Below, in pieces: positions 39,698 through 50,412 of a stretch of 64,000 nucleotides of DNA. Position numbers and translations under genes: made by a program. The stretch comes from Limnothrix sp. BL-A-16. GTDB taxonomy: Bacteria; Cyanobacteriota; Cyanobacteriia; CACIAM-69d. The notes below the pieces were generated by a model. That model ran no database searches, was not told the origin of the DNA, and saw only the letters and a program-made list of their open reading frames with translations. The stretch spans positions 3,552,001 through 3,616,000 of the forward strand of contig CP166615.1 in NCBI GenBank assembly GCA_041937175.2, read 5' to 3'. Numbering within the stretch: the stretch's first letter is position 1; every line of letters begins with the position of its first letter.

Positions 39698-40300
39698 CTA
39701 ATCGTTCGTTACATCCGGCACATCCGAGAGCACTCGGCCGGGAGTCGAAGCCGCTGGGGCTGTTTCTGCCTCGGCGGCTTCGTTGTTGGGGGCATCGTTG
39801 GGGGCATCTTCCGCCGGGGCGGCATCTTCCGCATTCGACGCGGCTTCGCTTTCCGGGGCATTCTCCGCAGGCGTTGCCCATTCCTCCCCGATCGCCAGGG
39901 TGACCCGATCGGGGCCGGCGGCCCGCAGCTCACTGACCAACTGCAACACCTTTTCGTAGGGCAAGTTGCGATCGGGCTGAATCAGCACCACGCCCTTGGG
40001 ATTCTTGAGGTAGTTCTGAATATCCGCCTTGAGTTGATCCTTGGGAATGGCGCGATCGAGCACCACCGTTTGCCCCTGGCGATCCAGCTTAATCAACAAA
40101 GGCGGTGGCGGCGGCCCCTGATCGGGTTCCGCAGGTGCATCCTCACCGCTGGCGGGCAGGTTCACCTCCAAGCTGTTTTGGCTGCCCAACACCATGGACA
40201 AAATGATGAAAAAGGTAAGCACCGTCATCAACACGTCCAGCATCGGCACAAGGTTGACTTCCGGGGGCTTGTGGTGAGTCTGTCGATTGCGCGATCGCAT
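39698..40300 (-). CDS. exbD: ExbD/TolR-family protein with acidic tail
   Basis: EVNLVPMLDVLMTVLTFFI, PDRNLPYEKV. Confidence 0.9.
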   Translation of the reverse strand: MRSRNRQTHHKPPEVNLVPMLDVLMTVLTFFIILSMVLGSQNSLEVNLPASGEDAPAEPDQGPPPPPLLIKLDRQGQTVVLDRAIPKDQLKADIQNYLKNPKGVVLIQPDRNLPYEKVLQLVSELRAAGPDRVTLAIGEEWATPAENAPESEAASNAEDAAPAEDAPNDAPNNEAAEAETAPAASTPGRVLSDVPDVTND

Positions 40301-40394
40301 GGTTGGGGATCCACTCCGGTGAAGGGGGGCAAGAGTGCCGAGGACAAGGGTTAATCAACGGAAGCGACAGGCAGCGGCCGGCAAAACCAACCGG

Positions 40395-40805
40395 CTAACC
40401 CTGCTCGAAGGAGAGACCGACCCGATCGCCCCCCACGGCTTTCAGGAGCGTCAAGACTTCTTCAATCGATCGAAACGGCAAGGTGCGATCGGCCTTCAAC
40501 ACCACCATCCCATCCGGCTGTTTGGCAAAATAGTCCGCCACGGCTTGATCCAGTTCCGCCGGGGTCACCGGTTTGTCATTCAGCAAAATCTGTTTTTTTT
40601 GGTCTAGTCCCACCAGCAGCGGATCCTTGGGAACCGTCGCCGCCGCTGAGGTTTTGGCCTTGGGCAACTGCACGTTGGGCATCTGCGCCCCGGTCAGGGT
40701 CATCGACACCAAAATAAAGAACGTGAGCACCGTCATCAACACGTCCATCATCGGCACGAGGTTGACATCTGGGAGCTGATTGGCCGATCGGGTCTTGGGT
40801 CGCAT
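40395..40805 (-). CDS. exbD: ExbD/TolR-family protein
   Basis: DVNLVPMMDVLMTVLTFFI, LKADRTLPF. Confidence 0.9.
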   Translation of the reverse strand: MRPKTRSANQLPDVNLVPMMDVLMTVLTFFILVSMTLTGAQMPNVQLPKAKTSAAATVPKDPLLVGLDQKKQILLNDKPVTPAELDQAVADYFAKQPDGMVVLKADRTLPFRSIEEVLTLLKAVGGDRVGLSFEQG

Positions 40806-40834
40806 GGGGCCTGGTTTCCTGTCCTAATCCACTC

Positions 40835-41581
40835 CTAATCCACCAACGACGGCGGGCGATCGGCATAGGGTAAGGGGTCGAACCCATGGGTTGGCCGTTC
40901 CCCACCGGGCGATCGACCGCCACCGCTAGGCAAGTCCGGCGTGGGGAACAGGGGTTCATACCAAACCTGGCGATAGATCAGCTCCAAGCGACTGCCCACC
41001 TCGGTGAAATAGTCGATTTGCTGAGATTGCAGCACCACCAACACCCGAAACACCACCAGGGCCATAATCGCCACAATCATGCCAAAGGCCGTGGTCAACA
41101 GGGCTTCACCGATCCCCGCTGCGGCGGCCGTGGCGGCCTTGGTGTCGCCGCCCCCACCAATATTCAAGTTATTGAAGGTGGCAATTAGCCCCGTCACCGT
41201 TCCCAGCAGTCCCAGCAGGGGGGCAACAGCCACGATCGTTTCCAGCAATTTATCGCCCCGTCGCATTTTCACGAACTCCCGTTCGGCGGCCGTTTCCAGC
41301 GCCAAATTAAACGTTTCCGGGGTGGCTTGTTTCAACATCAAGGGAGCCAACAAAAATCGCCCGATCGGGAGGGTTTGGGCCTCGCGAGCCGTGATCGCCG
41401 CATCCTCTAGGCTATACTTCGCCGCCGCCAATACGTCATGGACAATCCGATCCTCCTGGGCCATTAACCGCACCCAAAACACCGTCCGCTCCAGGGTCAC
41501 GGCCACCGTCGCGATCGACATTCCCAGCAGGGGCCACATGACCGGCCCCCCTTTCACCAGCAAATCAAAAACCTGAGACAT
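40835..41581 (-). CDS. exbB: MotA/TolQ/ExbB proton channel
   Basis: GGPVMWPL, APLLGLLGTVTGLI, GIGEALLTTAFG. Confidence 0.9.
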   Translation of the reverse strand: MSQVFDLLVKGGPVMWPLLGMSIATVAVTLERTVFWVRLMAQEDRIVHDVLAAAKYSLEDAAITAREAQTLPIGRFLLAPLMLKQATPETFNLALETAAEREFVKMRRGDKLLETIVAVAPLLGLLGTVTGLIATFNNLNIGGGGDTKAATAAAAGIGEALLTTAFGMIVAIMALVVFRVLVVLQSQQIDYFTEVGSRLELIYRQVWYEPLFPTPDLPSGGGRSPGGERPTHGFDPLPYADRPPSLVD

Positions 41582-42460
41582 GGCCGCCCTAAAACCCAAA
41601 AGCGTTGTGATACTTAGCGTTGCCGATTCCCATTGATCCCGCTCGATCGCCCCCACCAGCCCCAAGCATCCCATTGGTTAGTCGATTTGGTCAGTCGATC
41701 GATGTCCTAACCGATCCCTGGGTAGCTGCAAGGTTCGATCGCACCCTTAACTCAAGACCATCGCTTGATCAGTTCAGCACGATGGCAGAGTCCGTAATCA
41801 ATCACAAAATATCAGAAAACATCAATCCTTCATCAGTTCATTCATGTCGTTGATTCACAGATCAATCAATTCACTGATCAACTCATCAACCAATGCAAGG
41901 AAAATCAAGAAATGAATGCGAGAAAAATCAGAAAATAAAATAAAAAATAATTGAAATTGATCCGAATTTCACCAGTACTGTTAAATGGACTTCTTAAATA
42001 AATTGACTTCTTAAACTAGTTTGCAATTTCTTGGCAATTCTTAGAAGAGAAATTTTTGAAAAAATGCTCTCTAGAATACCTCTTAAAATATTTTCTGAAG
42101 CGCCTTCTAAGAATCGTATGAAAGCTTTAGAAGTGCTCTGGCTTGGAAAAGTCTTGGAAGAAGCTCTCGAATCTGCTTTGATAGTTGCCTGTGAAATGCT
42201 CTTAACTCAGGCGATCCTATTCTGTCTTGCAGATTTTTAACTTGAAATGTGAATGTTGAGAGCTAATTAAGCACTTTGATCAATTGATTTAGACGTTCAG
42301 AGCTATTTGTTTAGACGTTTAGAGCTATTTTTGATTGCTCCTGCCTAAAGTCAATCTTGTTTAAATTAAGAAAAGTTTAAATGCAATTAAATTTTTGAAT
42401 AAGACGCAAAATTGCGTAGCTTTAGTCATTTTGTTAGGGGTTCACAACGAATCAGAATGA

Positions 42461-42490
42461 TTTAAATTTTCTTTAACCCATTCTTAATTC
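42461..42490 (+). promoter_or_regulatory. Cyanobacterial Pho box (SphR site) upstream of pstS
   Basis: Three YTTAA-core repeats at 11-bp period: TTTAAATT (42461), TTTAACCC (42472), CTTAATTC (42483). Confidence 0.72.
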
Positions 42491-42874
42491 AATAGCAGAC
42501 TTCTAATAACCGATTTCCGAAATAATGAGGCTGCTAAGTTGGAATTTTTTAACAACTTCTTGAAGTTTGCTTGCCTCTGATCACCCGCTTCAGACAGACA
42601 AGTGTTGAGTCGGTGATCCAACTGCCAGCAAATTTTCAATGAATTGCAAGCCAATCCAAGGCAATGTCGATGCTCTGTTGGCATCACACAAAATACTGAA
42701 TCGATTCCGCACCAATTGAGTGCGGCCAAGATCTGGGCCAGCAGTTCCAATCGCCAATGGTTTTAAGGTTTCGCTATTGGGCCAGAGCTTGGACATTGAC
42801 TGACGGCTGCGGGCTGGGTCTTGGGATGGGTTGCTGGTGTTCGTCATCAATCTTTGTGCTGGAGTGAAGTGTTT

Positions 42875-43852
42875 ATGATCTCTACGAAGTTGCGTCGTCG
42901 GAGCGCGATTTTGGCCGGAGCAGTGGCAGCGCTGGCATTTGTTACGAACTGGGGCACCCAAGCCGCTCAGTCCCAGAACAACACGATCGCCATTGATGGG
43001 TCGAGCACGGTGTTCCCCATTACAGAAGCAGTGGCCGAAGAGTTCCAAGCTTCCAAGCGGGGAGCTGTGCGGGTGACGGTTGGGATCTCGGGAACCGGCG
43101 GCGGTTTCAAGAAGTTCTGCAACGGTGAATTGGATATCAGCAACGCATCGCGGCCAATTAAGGAAAGCGAGCAACAGGCTTGCGCCGCTAAGGGAATTGA
43201 GTACGTGGAGCTGCCAGTTGCCTACGATGCGCTGACGGTGGTGGTGAACCCCCGCAACACTTGGGCCGCCAGCATGACCACCGCAGAATTGAAGGCCATG
43301 TGGGAGGGGGCTGCCGAAGGAAAAATTACGAAGTGGAGCCAAGTTCGTCCCGGCTGGCCGGATGTGAAGTTCACGCTGTTTGGCCCCGGTGCAGATTCGG
43401 GCACGTTTGACTATTTCAATGAAGTGATTTTGGGCAAGGACAACAAGAGCCGCACGGACTACACGCCCAGCGAAGATGACAACGTGTTGGTGCAGGGCGT
43501 TTCGCGCGATCAAAACGCCTTGGGCTATTTCGGCTTTGCCTACTATGACCTGAACAAGAGCCGCGTGAAGGCGGTGGCCATTGACTCGGGCAAGGGTGCT
43601 GTGATGCCGGCCGTCGCAACGGTGAATGATGGAACCTATACGCCGCTGTCGCGCCCTATCTACATTTACGTGAAGAAGTCGGCGCTCGATCGCGCTGAGG
43701 TGCGCGAGTTTTCGGAGTTTTACCTGAAGAATGCAACTCGTCTGGTGCGGGAAGTGGACTACGTGCCGCTGCCGGATGCGGACTACCGAGCGGCGACCCA
43801 GCGCCTGAGCCAACGGGAAGTGGGCCGCAAGCCGCTGCGGGCGGGCCTGTAG
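42875..43852 (+). CDS. pstS: Phosphate ABC transporter binding protein
   Basis: [35 protein letters not shown]. Confidence 0.95.
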   Translation: MISTKLRRRSAILAGAVAALAFVTNWGTQAAQSQNNTIAIDGSSTVFPITEAVAEEFQASKRGAVRVTVGISGTGGGFKKFCNGELDISNASRPIKESEQQACAAKGIEYVELPVAYDALTVVVNPRNTWAASMTTAELKAMWEGAAEGKITKWSQVRPGWPDVKFTLFGPGADSGTFDYFNEVILGKDNKSRTDYTPSEDDNVLVQGVSRDQNALGYFGFAYYDLNKSRVKAVAIDSGKGAVMPAVATVNDGTYTPLSRPIYIYVKKSALDRAEVREFSEFYLKNATRLVREVDYVPLPDADYRAATQRLSQREVGRKPLRAGL

Positions 43853-44026
43853 GCCCAATCGCTGAGATAGCAAGCGGCGCTGGGCAACTGTGGATCGATC
43901 GAACCCCACTGGGGATCATGGGTCGATCGCGACGGTGGCCCAGCGCCTGAGCTAATCAAACTGAGTGAACTGGGGCAAGCGGTCTGCCAATGGGGTCGAT
44001 CGCTTGCTCCTTTGATATCAAGACCT

Positions 44027-44953
44027 ATGGCTTTGCGAGATTCAACTCCCCTCAACCCTTGGCGGCGATCGCGCGATCGACAGCGCTGGACTGAACGGGC
44101 GATCGAACTGTTGCTGTTGCTGGCGGCCCTCTCTTCGATCGCCACCCTGCTCGGCATTCTTTACGTTTTGGTGGGTGAATCCCTACAGTTTTTTCAGCAA
44201 GTTTCCCTTTGGGAATTCATCACTGGAACCCGCTGGACTCCCCTGTTTGGCGATCCCAAATATGGCATTTGGCCGCTGCTATCTGGAACCTTGACGACCA
44301 CCTTTGTGGCTTTGCTGATTGCCATTCCCTTTGGCACTGCGATCGCCATTTATTCCAGTGAATTTGCACCCACCATGGTGCGCGAAATTCTGAAACCGCT
44401 GCTGGAATTGTTAGCCGGTGTGCCCAGCGTTGTTTATGGCTACTTTGCCCTGTTGGTGGTCACGCCCCTATTGCAACAGGTGCTTCCTTGGCTCCCCGGC
44501 TTCAACATGATCAGCGCGGGCGCAGTCATGGGATTAGCCATTATTCCGTTGGTTAGTTCCATCAGTGAAGATGCCATGCAAGCCGTGCCCAATACCCTGC
44601 GCGAGGGATCCTATGCCATGGGGGCAACCAAGCTCCAAACGGCGTTGAAAGTGGTGTTTCCGTCGGCCATTTCTGGGATTATGTCCGCCTATATTTTGGG
44701 CACATCCCGCGCCTTGGGGGAAACCATGATCGTGACGATCGCGGCTGGTTTGCAACCCACCCTCACCTTCAATCCCTTTGAGCAAGCTGCCACGATCACG
44801 GCCTACATTGTGCAGGTCAGCATGGGCGATTTGCCCCACGGCACTTTGCAATATCAAACCATTTTTGCCGCAGGATTAACGCTGGTTCTTTTAACCCTTG
44901 TCCTGAACATTATTGGTCACTTACTGACAAAACGTTATCGCGAGCGTTACTGA
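44027..44953 (+). CDS. pstC: Phosphate ABC transporter permease
   Basis: ELLAGVPSVVYG, SRALGETM. Confidence 0.96.
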   Translation: MALRDSTPLNPWRRSRDRQRWTERAIELLLLLAALSSIATLLGILYVLVGESLQFFQQVSLWEFITGTRWTPLFGDPKYGIWPLLSGTLTTTFVALLIAIPFGTAIAIYSSEFAPTMVREILKPLLELLAGVPSVVYGYFALLVVTPLLQQVLPWLPGFNMISAGAVMGLAIIPLVSSISEDAMQAVPNTLREGSYAMGATKLQTALKVVFPSAISGIMSAYILGTSRALGETMIVTIAAGLQPTLTFNPFEQAATITAYIVQVSMGDLPHGTLQYQTIFAAGLTLVLLTLVLNIIGHLLTKRYRERY

Positions 44954-45894
44954 TGTTAGCTGCCAAGTTTTCAGACCTCATTACACCCCAACTGGGTCAC
45001 CAACTCCATCAACGTAAGCTGCTGAATTTGGGCTTTATGGTGATGGGCTTGGTGGCAATTTTGGTGGCATTGTTCACCCTGGCAGCCTTGATTATTCATA
45101 TGGCCATGAGTGGCTGGCCAAGGCTCAGTACCTGGGAGTTTTTCACGGCTTTTGCCAGCCGTCGCCCAGAACGCGCCGGTATTTTAGCCGCTTGGGTTGG
45201 CAGTTTGTTGGTGATTTCGGTTACTGCCATTGTTGCAGTGCCGATCGGGGTAGCAGCGGGTATTTATTTGGAAGAATATGCTCACAAGAATTGGCTTTCA
45301 GAATTGATTGAGATCAACGTCACCAACTTGGCTGGAGTTCCTTCCATTATTTATGGACTTTTGGCCTTGGGTGTGTTTGTCTATGAATTCAAGTTTGGGC
45401 GTAGTGTCTTAACGGCTGGTTGCACGCTGGCGCTGTTGATTTTGCCGATCGTAATTGTGACCACGCGAGAGTCCTTGCGATCGATTCCGCAAATGATTCG
45501 TGAGGCCGCCTATGCGGTGGGAGCCACCCAATGGCAGGTCATTTGGCATCATGTTTTGCCCTACTCGATCGGGGGCATTTTGACGGGAACCATCATTGGT
45601 TTGTCGCGGGCAATTGGTGAAACCTCCAGCTTGATTACGATTGGTGCTTTAACCTTTATTGCCTTTTTGCCCGAGTCTCCTTTTCAAGGCAAACCACCTT
45701 TTGTGTCCTGGGAATGGTTGAATTCTCCCTTCACCGTGATGCCAATCCAAATGTTCAATTGGGTTTCTCGGCCCAATCCTGAATTTCAGATCAACGCGGC
45801 AGCGGCAGGCACAGTGTTAATGACCATGACTTTGCTGATGAATGGCTTTGCAATTTATCTCCGCTATCGTCTGCGTCAAGGAATCAAATGGTAA
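44953..45894 (+). CDS. pstA: Phosphate ABC transporter permease
   Basis: [23 protein letters not shown]. Confidence 0.96.
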   Translation: MLAAKFSDLITPQLGHQLHQRKLLNLGFMVMGLVAILVALFTLAALIIHMAMSGWPRLSTWEFFTAFASRRPERAGILAAWVGSLLVISVTAIVAVPIGVAAGIYLEEYAHKNWLSELIEINVTNLAGVPSIIYGLLALGVFVYEFKFGRSVLTAGCTLALLILPIVIVTTRESLRSIPQMIREAAYAVGATQWQVIWHHVLPYSIGGILTGTIIGLSRAIGETSSLITIGALTFIAFLPESPFQGKPPFVSWEWLNSPFTVMPIQMFNWVSRPNPEFQINAAAAGTVLMTMTLLMNGFAIYLRYRLRQGIKW

Positions 45895-46691
45895 CCAGCA
45901 GCTCAGAGACTATGCAGCGACTTGATAGCCAATTTCCCATTAAAGCGGAAGTACGATCGCTTGATTTTTACTACGGTCAGTCCCAGGTGCTGAACGATAT
46001 CAACCTTGCGATTCCCGATCGGCAAATTACGGCCCTCATGGGGCCATCTGGGTGCGGTAAAACAACCTTATTGCGGTGTTTTAACCGAATGCATGACCTA
46101 TATCCTAACAATCGCTATCGGGGTGAAATTCTCTTAGATCAACGACATAATATTCTCAGTCCCAGCATTGACCCGATCGAGGTGCGGATGCGAATTGGGA
46201 TGGTTTTTCAAAAACCAAATCCCTTCCCAAAATCGGTTTATGAAAATGTAGCCTATGGTTTACGGGTTCAGGGTCGTACTCAGCGATCGGACTTGGATGA
46301 AAAGGTGGAAGCGGCCCTCAAGTCAGCCGCCCTCTGGCATGAGGTGAAAGATCGCCTAAAAGAACCAGCGTTTAATCTTTCCGGTGGCCAACAACAGCGA
46401 CTTTGTATTGCTCGTGCCCTCGTAACTAACCCCGATTTAGTGTTATTCGACGAGCCAACCTCTGCGTTGGATCCCATGTCCACAGCCCATATTGAAGAAT
46501 TAATGCGGCAACTGAAGGCCCAAGTCACGATTTTGATTGTGACCCACAGCTTGCAACAGGCAGCACGATTTTCAGACTATGCCGCTTTCATGTATTTGGG
46601 AAAACTTGTGGAATTTCAAAGAACGACAAAGCTGTTTGCTGAACCACAAGATCCACTCACCCAATCTTATTTATCAGGCAGTGTTGGCTAA
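45888..46691 (+). CDS. pstB: Phosphate ABC transporter ATPase
   Basis: [35 protein letters not shown]. Confidence 0.97.
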   Translation: MVTSSSETMQRLDSQFPIKAEVRSLDFYYGQSQVLNDINLAIPDRQITALMGPSGCGKTTLLRCFNRMHDLYPNNRYRGEILLDQRHNILSPSIDPIEVRMRIGMVFQKPNPFPKSVYENVAYGLRVQGRTQRSDLDEKVEAALKSAALWHEVKDRLKEPAFNLSGGQQQRLCIARALVTNPDLVLFDEPTSALDPMSTAHIEELMRQLKAQVTILIVTHSLQQAARFSDYAAFMYLGKLVEFQRTTKLFAEPQDPLTQSYLSGSVG

Positions 46692-46806
46692 AGAGTTTTG
46701 AGATCCGAAGCATTCATTGCTCAACGGTTAATTAGCGTTGATTTTGATTTTGACTTTGATTGCTATTTAGACCGGTTGCCATTACTCATTTGGACGATCG
46801 CCTCCC

Positions 46807-47727
46807 ATGGGTTCTTCACCAATGCTGAACTTTAAACTTGATTCCCTACCCTGGGCTGCCAACCAGTGGAAACAGATTCAGCGATCGATTCCTTATTTGC
46901 TGAACCTTTGCAATCGGCCATTGCTGTTTGTGGCGATCGGGCTGCATGTGGCGGTGTTGATGTTGCCCACGCCCGATCGCACTGAAACCGAAAAACAGCC
47001 CCCCAAGGAAGTGATTAAGGTTTCCCAATTAAGCGCCGCGCCGCCAAAACCCAAGCCTCAAAAACCCAAAAACGCCAAGCCCAAACCCCAAAAACCCAAA
47101 CCCCAAAAACCCAAAGCCACGCCCCCCAGGCGCTCGCCCGCGTTGGTAGCCACGCCGCCCAAACCCAAGCCCACGGAACCAGCCAAGCCCACCCCCACCG
47201 CAAAGCCTGAACCCACCCCCAAGCCTGATCCCCAAGGCGAAGATCCCTTAGCCAATACGCCACCGGTCAACACGCCCCCCGTGAATCAAGCGGGCGGCGA
47301 CAGCACCGGCAGCGGCAAGGGATTGGTGGATGAATTAAGCAAAGAAATTCTGGCTAAATTGCTGGAAAGTGGCACTAATGATGAAGCCACGCTTCAGGAA
47401 TTTATGGTCAGTATTCCTGAAACCATTCCTGAGGGAATTTATGGTGATTTTGTGGGAGCCGATGGCCAAATTTTGGTCGATCGCGGGGCCTTTGCCTCGT
47501 TGGCGATTCCTCAAATGTCTGCCAGTGCTGCCTACTCGGACTACATTGAGCCAACCCTATCGCAAAAACTGGGATTTGAAGTCACGGAAATGGATCCCAA
47601 CTACGGTAGCTCTAAATTGTTTATGGCTAAAAATACCGGTGGCATTACTTTCTTTTTTAGCCTTGTGAAGCTGACCAATAGTAGTGGTGCTTTTATGGTG
47701 CTTTGGAAAACGGATCCAAGAACTTAG
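46807..47727 (+). CDS. Membrane-anchored Pro/Lys-rich protein (TonB-like N-terminal architecture)
   Basis: TM LFVAIGLHVAVLML with central His, long PKPKPQKPK linker, unrecognised C-terminal domain. Confidence 0.55.
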   Translation: MGSSPMLNFKLDSLPWAANQWKQIQRSIPYLLNLCNRPLLFVAIGLHVAVLMLPTPDRTETEKQPPKEVIKVSQLSAAPPKPKPQKPKNAKPKPQKPKPQKPKATPPRRSPALVATPPKPKPTEPAKPTPTAKPEPTPKPDPQGEDPLANTPPVNTPPVNQAGGDSTGSGKGLVDELSKEILAKLLESGTNDEATLQEFMVSIPETIPEGIYGDFVGADGQILVDRGAFASLAIPQMSASAAYSDYIEPTLSQKLGFEVTEMDPNYGSSKLFMAKNTGGITFFFSLVKLTNSSGAFMVLWKTDPRT

Positions 47728-47790
47728 AGGATGTCTGAGAGGTTACTTGGGATACTGGCAAAACACTAGTATTTGTGGAGACTGAGGGCC
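47727..47790 (+). mobile_element. Half MITE (family B left arm)
   Basis: GAGGATGTCTGAGA end followed by sequence alignable to 59779-59840. Confidence 0.55.
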
Positions 47791-47804
47791 GGTCGCCAGT
47801 TCGG

Positions 47805-48218
47805 TTAAAAGCGTTGCCAGTGGGCACGGCCCCGCCAAAACACACCGACTAAAATTGCCATCACCATCGGCTCGCTGAAGGAAATCAGCAACACCGGCAA
47901 CGGCAGCAGGCTCAAAAGACCCAGTTCGCCCCCCACACAGGCCACCAACGTCCACAGGCTGCCCCCATTGAGTCGCACTTGCGGAAACAGCCGCTCGGCA
48001 CAATGCACCGCCAAGGCTCCCAAGCCCAGCCCGATCGCCAGGATTAAAAAAATTGACCAGGATCCCAACCCCATCAACCCCGCTGCGAGGGGCGGCCAGG
48101 CTTCGGCCAAGATAATTACCCCTTGGTCGATCGCCATGGCCAGGGCGAGGCTGAGGGCCGCCGCACCGGCCATGGATCCCCAGGGTTGTTGGGTAATTTG
48201 TCGCCAGGGTTGGCTCAC
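47805..48218 (-). CDS. Hypothetical multi-TM membrane protein
   Basis: Four hydrophobic segments, GLGLGALAV, GSLWTLV; co-oriented with queF. Confidence 0.7.
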   Translation of the reverse strand: MSQPWRQITQQPWGSMAGAAALSLALAMAIDQGVIILAEAWPPLAAGLMGLGSWSIFLILAIGLGLGALAVHCAERLFPQVRLNGGSLWTLVACVGGELGLLSLLPLPVLLISFSEPMVMAILVGVFWRGRAHWQRF

Positions 48219-48239
48219 GCGATCGACTCCGAAATGGGG

Positions 48240-48653
48240 CTAGGCTTGGGCGGGTTTTTGGTGGCGCACTTCCACCACGGTGTGGACATTGCCACGGGGG
48301 TTAAAATCACCCACGATCGTCGCTTCCAACGGATCGGCGGCTGCCACAAAGTCGTCCAAAATTTGGTTAATGGATTCTTCGTGGGAAATGTAGCGATCGC
48401 GGTAGCTGTTGATATAGAGCTTGATCGCCTTCAGTTCCACAACTTTTTGATCGGGCACATAGTCGATCGAAATTTTGGCAAAGTCGGGATAGCCGGAAAA
48501 GGGGCATTTGCAGGTAAATTCCGGCAAGCTAATTTGCACATGATAGATCCGACCCGGCCGCGGATTGGGGAAGGTGATCAGTTGTCCTTCTTCGATTTGG
48601 CGCTCACCGTATTTCACGGGTTCGTGGGCGGTGTCGGCGGTGGCTTGGCTCAT
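48240..48653 (-). CDS. queF: preQ0 reductase QueF
   Basis: PEFTCKCPFSGYPDFA, VELKAIKLY, SHEE, PRG. Confidence 0.96.
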   Translation of the reverse strand: MSQATADTAHEPVKYGERQIEEGQLITFPNPRPGRIYHVQISLPEFTCKCPFSGYPDFAKISIDYVPDQKVVELKAIKLYINSYRDRYISHEESINQILDDFVAAADPLEATIVGDFNPRGNVHTVVEVRHQKPAQA

Positions 48654-48890
48654 GGCTGTGGCTCTGTGAGGTTGCGAGACTGGAGAACAGTTTACAAAAC
48701 TTGATGGATTCACTCCAGCCAACCAGCCCCATTTAGACCACGGGCGATCGGCCGCGCGATCGAGCCAGTCCCGATCGGGAAATCCAGATCACGTGAGTTC
48801 GCAACCCAGATTGGGGAGTCGATCCTAAGGGCGATCGTTGATAATGGCCGGGAGTCTTTGCCGTTATTCAACGTTGGGTTGGGTTGAGCT

Positions 48891-49586
48891 ATGGATAGCA
48901 ACGTTTCGCCGAAGTCCCTTGTGTCGTCCGGGCCAAGCGGTTCCCAAGGCACAATTCCCGTGGCGGTTTATCGCCAATTGGCTTCGGAACTGCAAGCTAC
49001 CCGCGCCATGTTGGAAGCAGTGCAAAAGCACAATGCCCAACTGACCCAGCAGCGCGATCGCCTGCGATCGGACTTGGATGCCTTGGCGGAAGCCGTGGCC
49101 ACCCTGCGGGCCAATGCCACGCCCCAGGATGCCCCACGCCCCTTAGATCCCAATCCCTTGAGTGTTGCGCCCAGCGCCCCGATCGCCTCGCCGCCGCCGA
49201 TGGTGGCCAGGCCGCCGCAGCCCGCTTTGGCCCCCAACGCCCCGATCGCGGGAGATCCGTTCCAGCAAGCGGCCGTGAGTGATTGGAACGCCTTGCCGGA
49301 CTTGGAACCCATGGCGGAATTTTATGGAGCCGCCAACGAACCGCAACCGACCCGGCTGGGAGGCTTGGGCAACTTTGGGCGATCGACCCCCAACGGCGGC
49401 TCCGGCGAGTCCAGCTCTGGCATTTGGCCCATTTTGGCGATCGCCCTGATTGCCATGACGGCCTTTGGCATTAGCTTTGCCCTGGTGCGGCCGATCATGG
49501 ACAGCAAGCAAAAACCCTTCCAGCCAGCCCAACCCCAAATTCAGCCCAACCCCAGCCCCAACGCAGCGCCCGCCAATCCCCGCTAG
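48891..49586 (+). CDS. Hypothetical coiled-coil / Pro-rich protein with C-terminal TM
   Basis: PVAVYRQLASELQA coiled coil; TM ending TAFGISFALVRP. Confidence 0.75.
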   Translation: MDSNVSPKSLVSSGPSGSQGTIPVAVYRQLASELQATRAMLEAVQKHNAQLTQQRDRLRSDLDALAEAVATLRANATPQDAPRPLDPNPLSVAPSAPIASPPPMVARPPQPALAPNAPIAGDPFQQAAVSDWNALPDLEPMAEFYGAANEPQPTRLGGLGNFGRSTPNGGSGESSSGIWPILAIALIAMTAFGISFALVRPIMDSKQKPFQPAQPQIQPNPSPNAAPANPR

Positions 49587-49612
49587 CCATCACAACCGGC
49601 CTCAGACATCCC

Positions 49613-50095
49613 CTAAGCAACGGTTTCCAAGAGAGCCACGGCATAGGCACAGATGCCCTCCTCGCGTCCCGTGGGGCCCAATTTTTCGTTGGTGGTGGCC
49701 TTCACGCCAACGCGATCAGGTTCAATGCCCAAAACTTCCGCAAGGCGCGATCGCATGGCGTTGATGTGGGGTTTCAGTTTGGGCCGTTCCGCCACCACCA
49801 CGGAATCAATATTGCTGACTTGCCAACCCCGATCGCTCAGGAGTTGGTTGACCTGAGCCAGAAGCTTCAGGCTGTCTGCTCCCTTCCATTGGGGATCCGT
49901 GGGCGGAAAGTAGTGACCAATATCGCCCAGGCTGAGGGCCCCCAACATCGCATCCATAATTGCGTGGGTCAGCACATCCGCATCGCTGTGGCCTTCTAAT
50001 CCCAACTCGTGATCGATTTTGATGCCGCCCAAAATCAAGTCCCGATCGGGCCCCAGGCGATGAATGTCATAGCCATTGCCAATCCGAATTGCCAT
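49613..50095 (-). CDS. ispF: 2-C-methyl-D-erythritol 2,4-cyclodiphosphate synthase
   Basis: [29 protein letters not shown]. Confidence 0.97.
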   Translation of the reverse strand: MAIRIGNGYDIHRLGPDRDLILGGIKIDHELGLEGHSDADVLTHAIMDAMLGALSLGDIGHYFPPTDPQWKGADSLKLLAQVNQLLSDRGWQVSNIDSVVVAERPKLKPHINAMRSRLAEVLGIEPDRVGVKATTNEKLGPTGREEGICAYAVALLETVA

Positions 50096-50137
50096 CGATT
50101 TTCCTCCTGTATTTGCATCCCTAACTCAGCCATCGTT

Positions 50138-50412
50138 GAGAATGTCTGAACCGCCAAAAGTGATCCGCAACTGACCCAATTAATCAACGAACACAAGTCA
50201 ACGAACACAAGGCAACCAAGACAAGGGGCTTAAGCCCCTTGCTCCCCGACTGCTGGTGTTCTCTTGTTCCCCGACTGCTGGTGTTCTCTTGTTCCCCGAC
50301 TGCTGGTGTTCTCTTGTTCCCCGACTGCTGGTGTTCCCTTGCCCCTGCGACGACTGGCATTTAGCCAGTGCTTCCAGACACTTTTCAGACATCCTTCCTT
50401 TCAGACATCCTT
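50138..50412. mobile_element. MITE family B with palindrome and four 25-bp tandem repeats
   Basis: Ends GAGAATGTCTGA and TCAGACATCCTT (twice); palindrome at 50221; CCCCGACTGCTGGTGTT at 50244, 50269, 50294, 50319. Confidence 0.75.

Noticed and set aside
41900..42060. Fur box upstream of exbB
   Set aside because: AT-rich but no convincing GATAAT-type inverted repeat
42590..43909. 439-aa minus-strand ORF
   Set aside because: Antisense shadow of pstS
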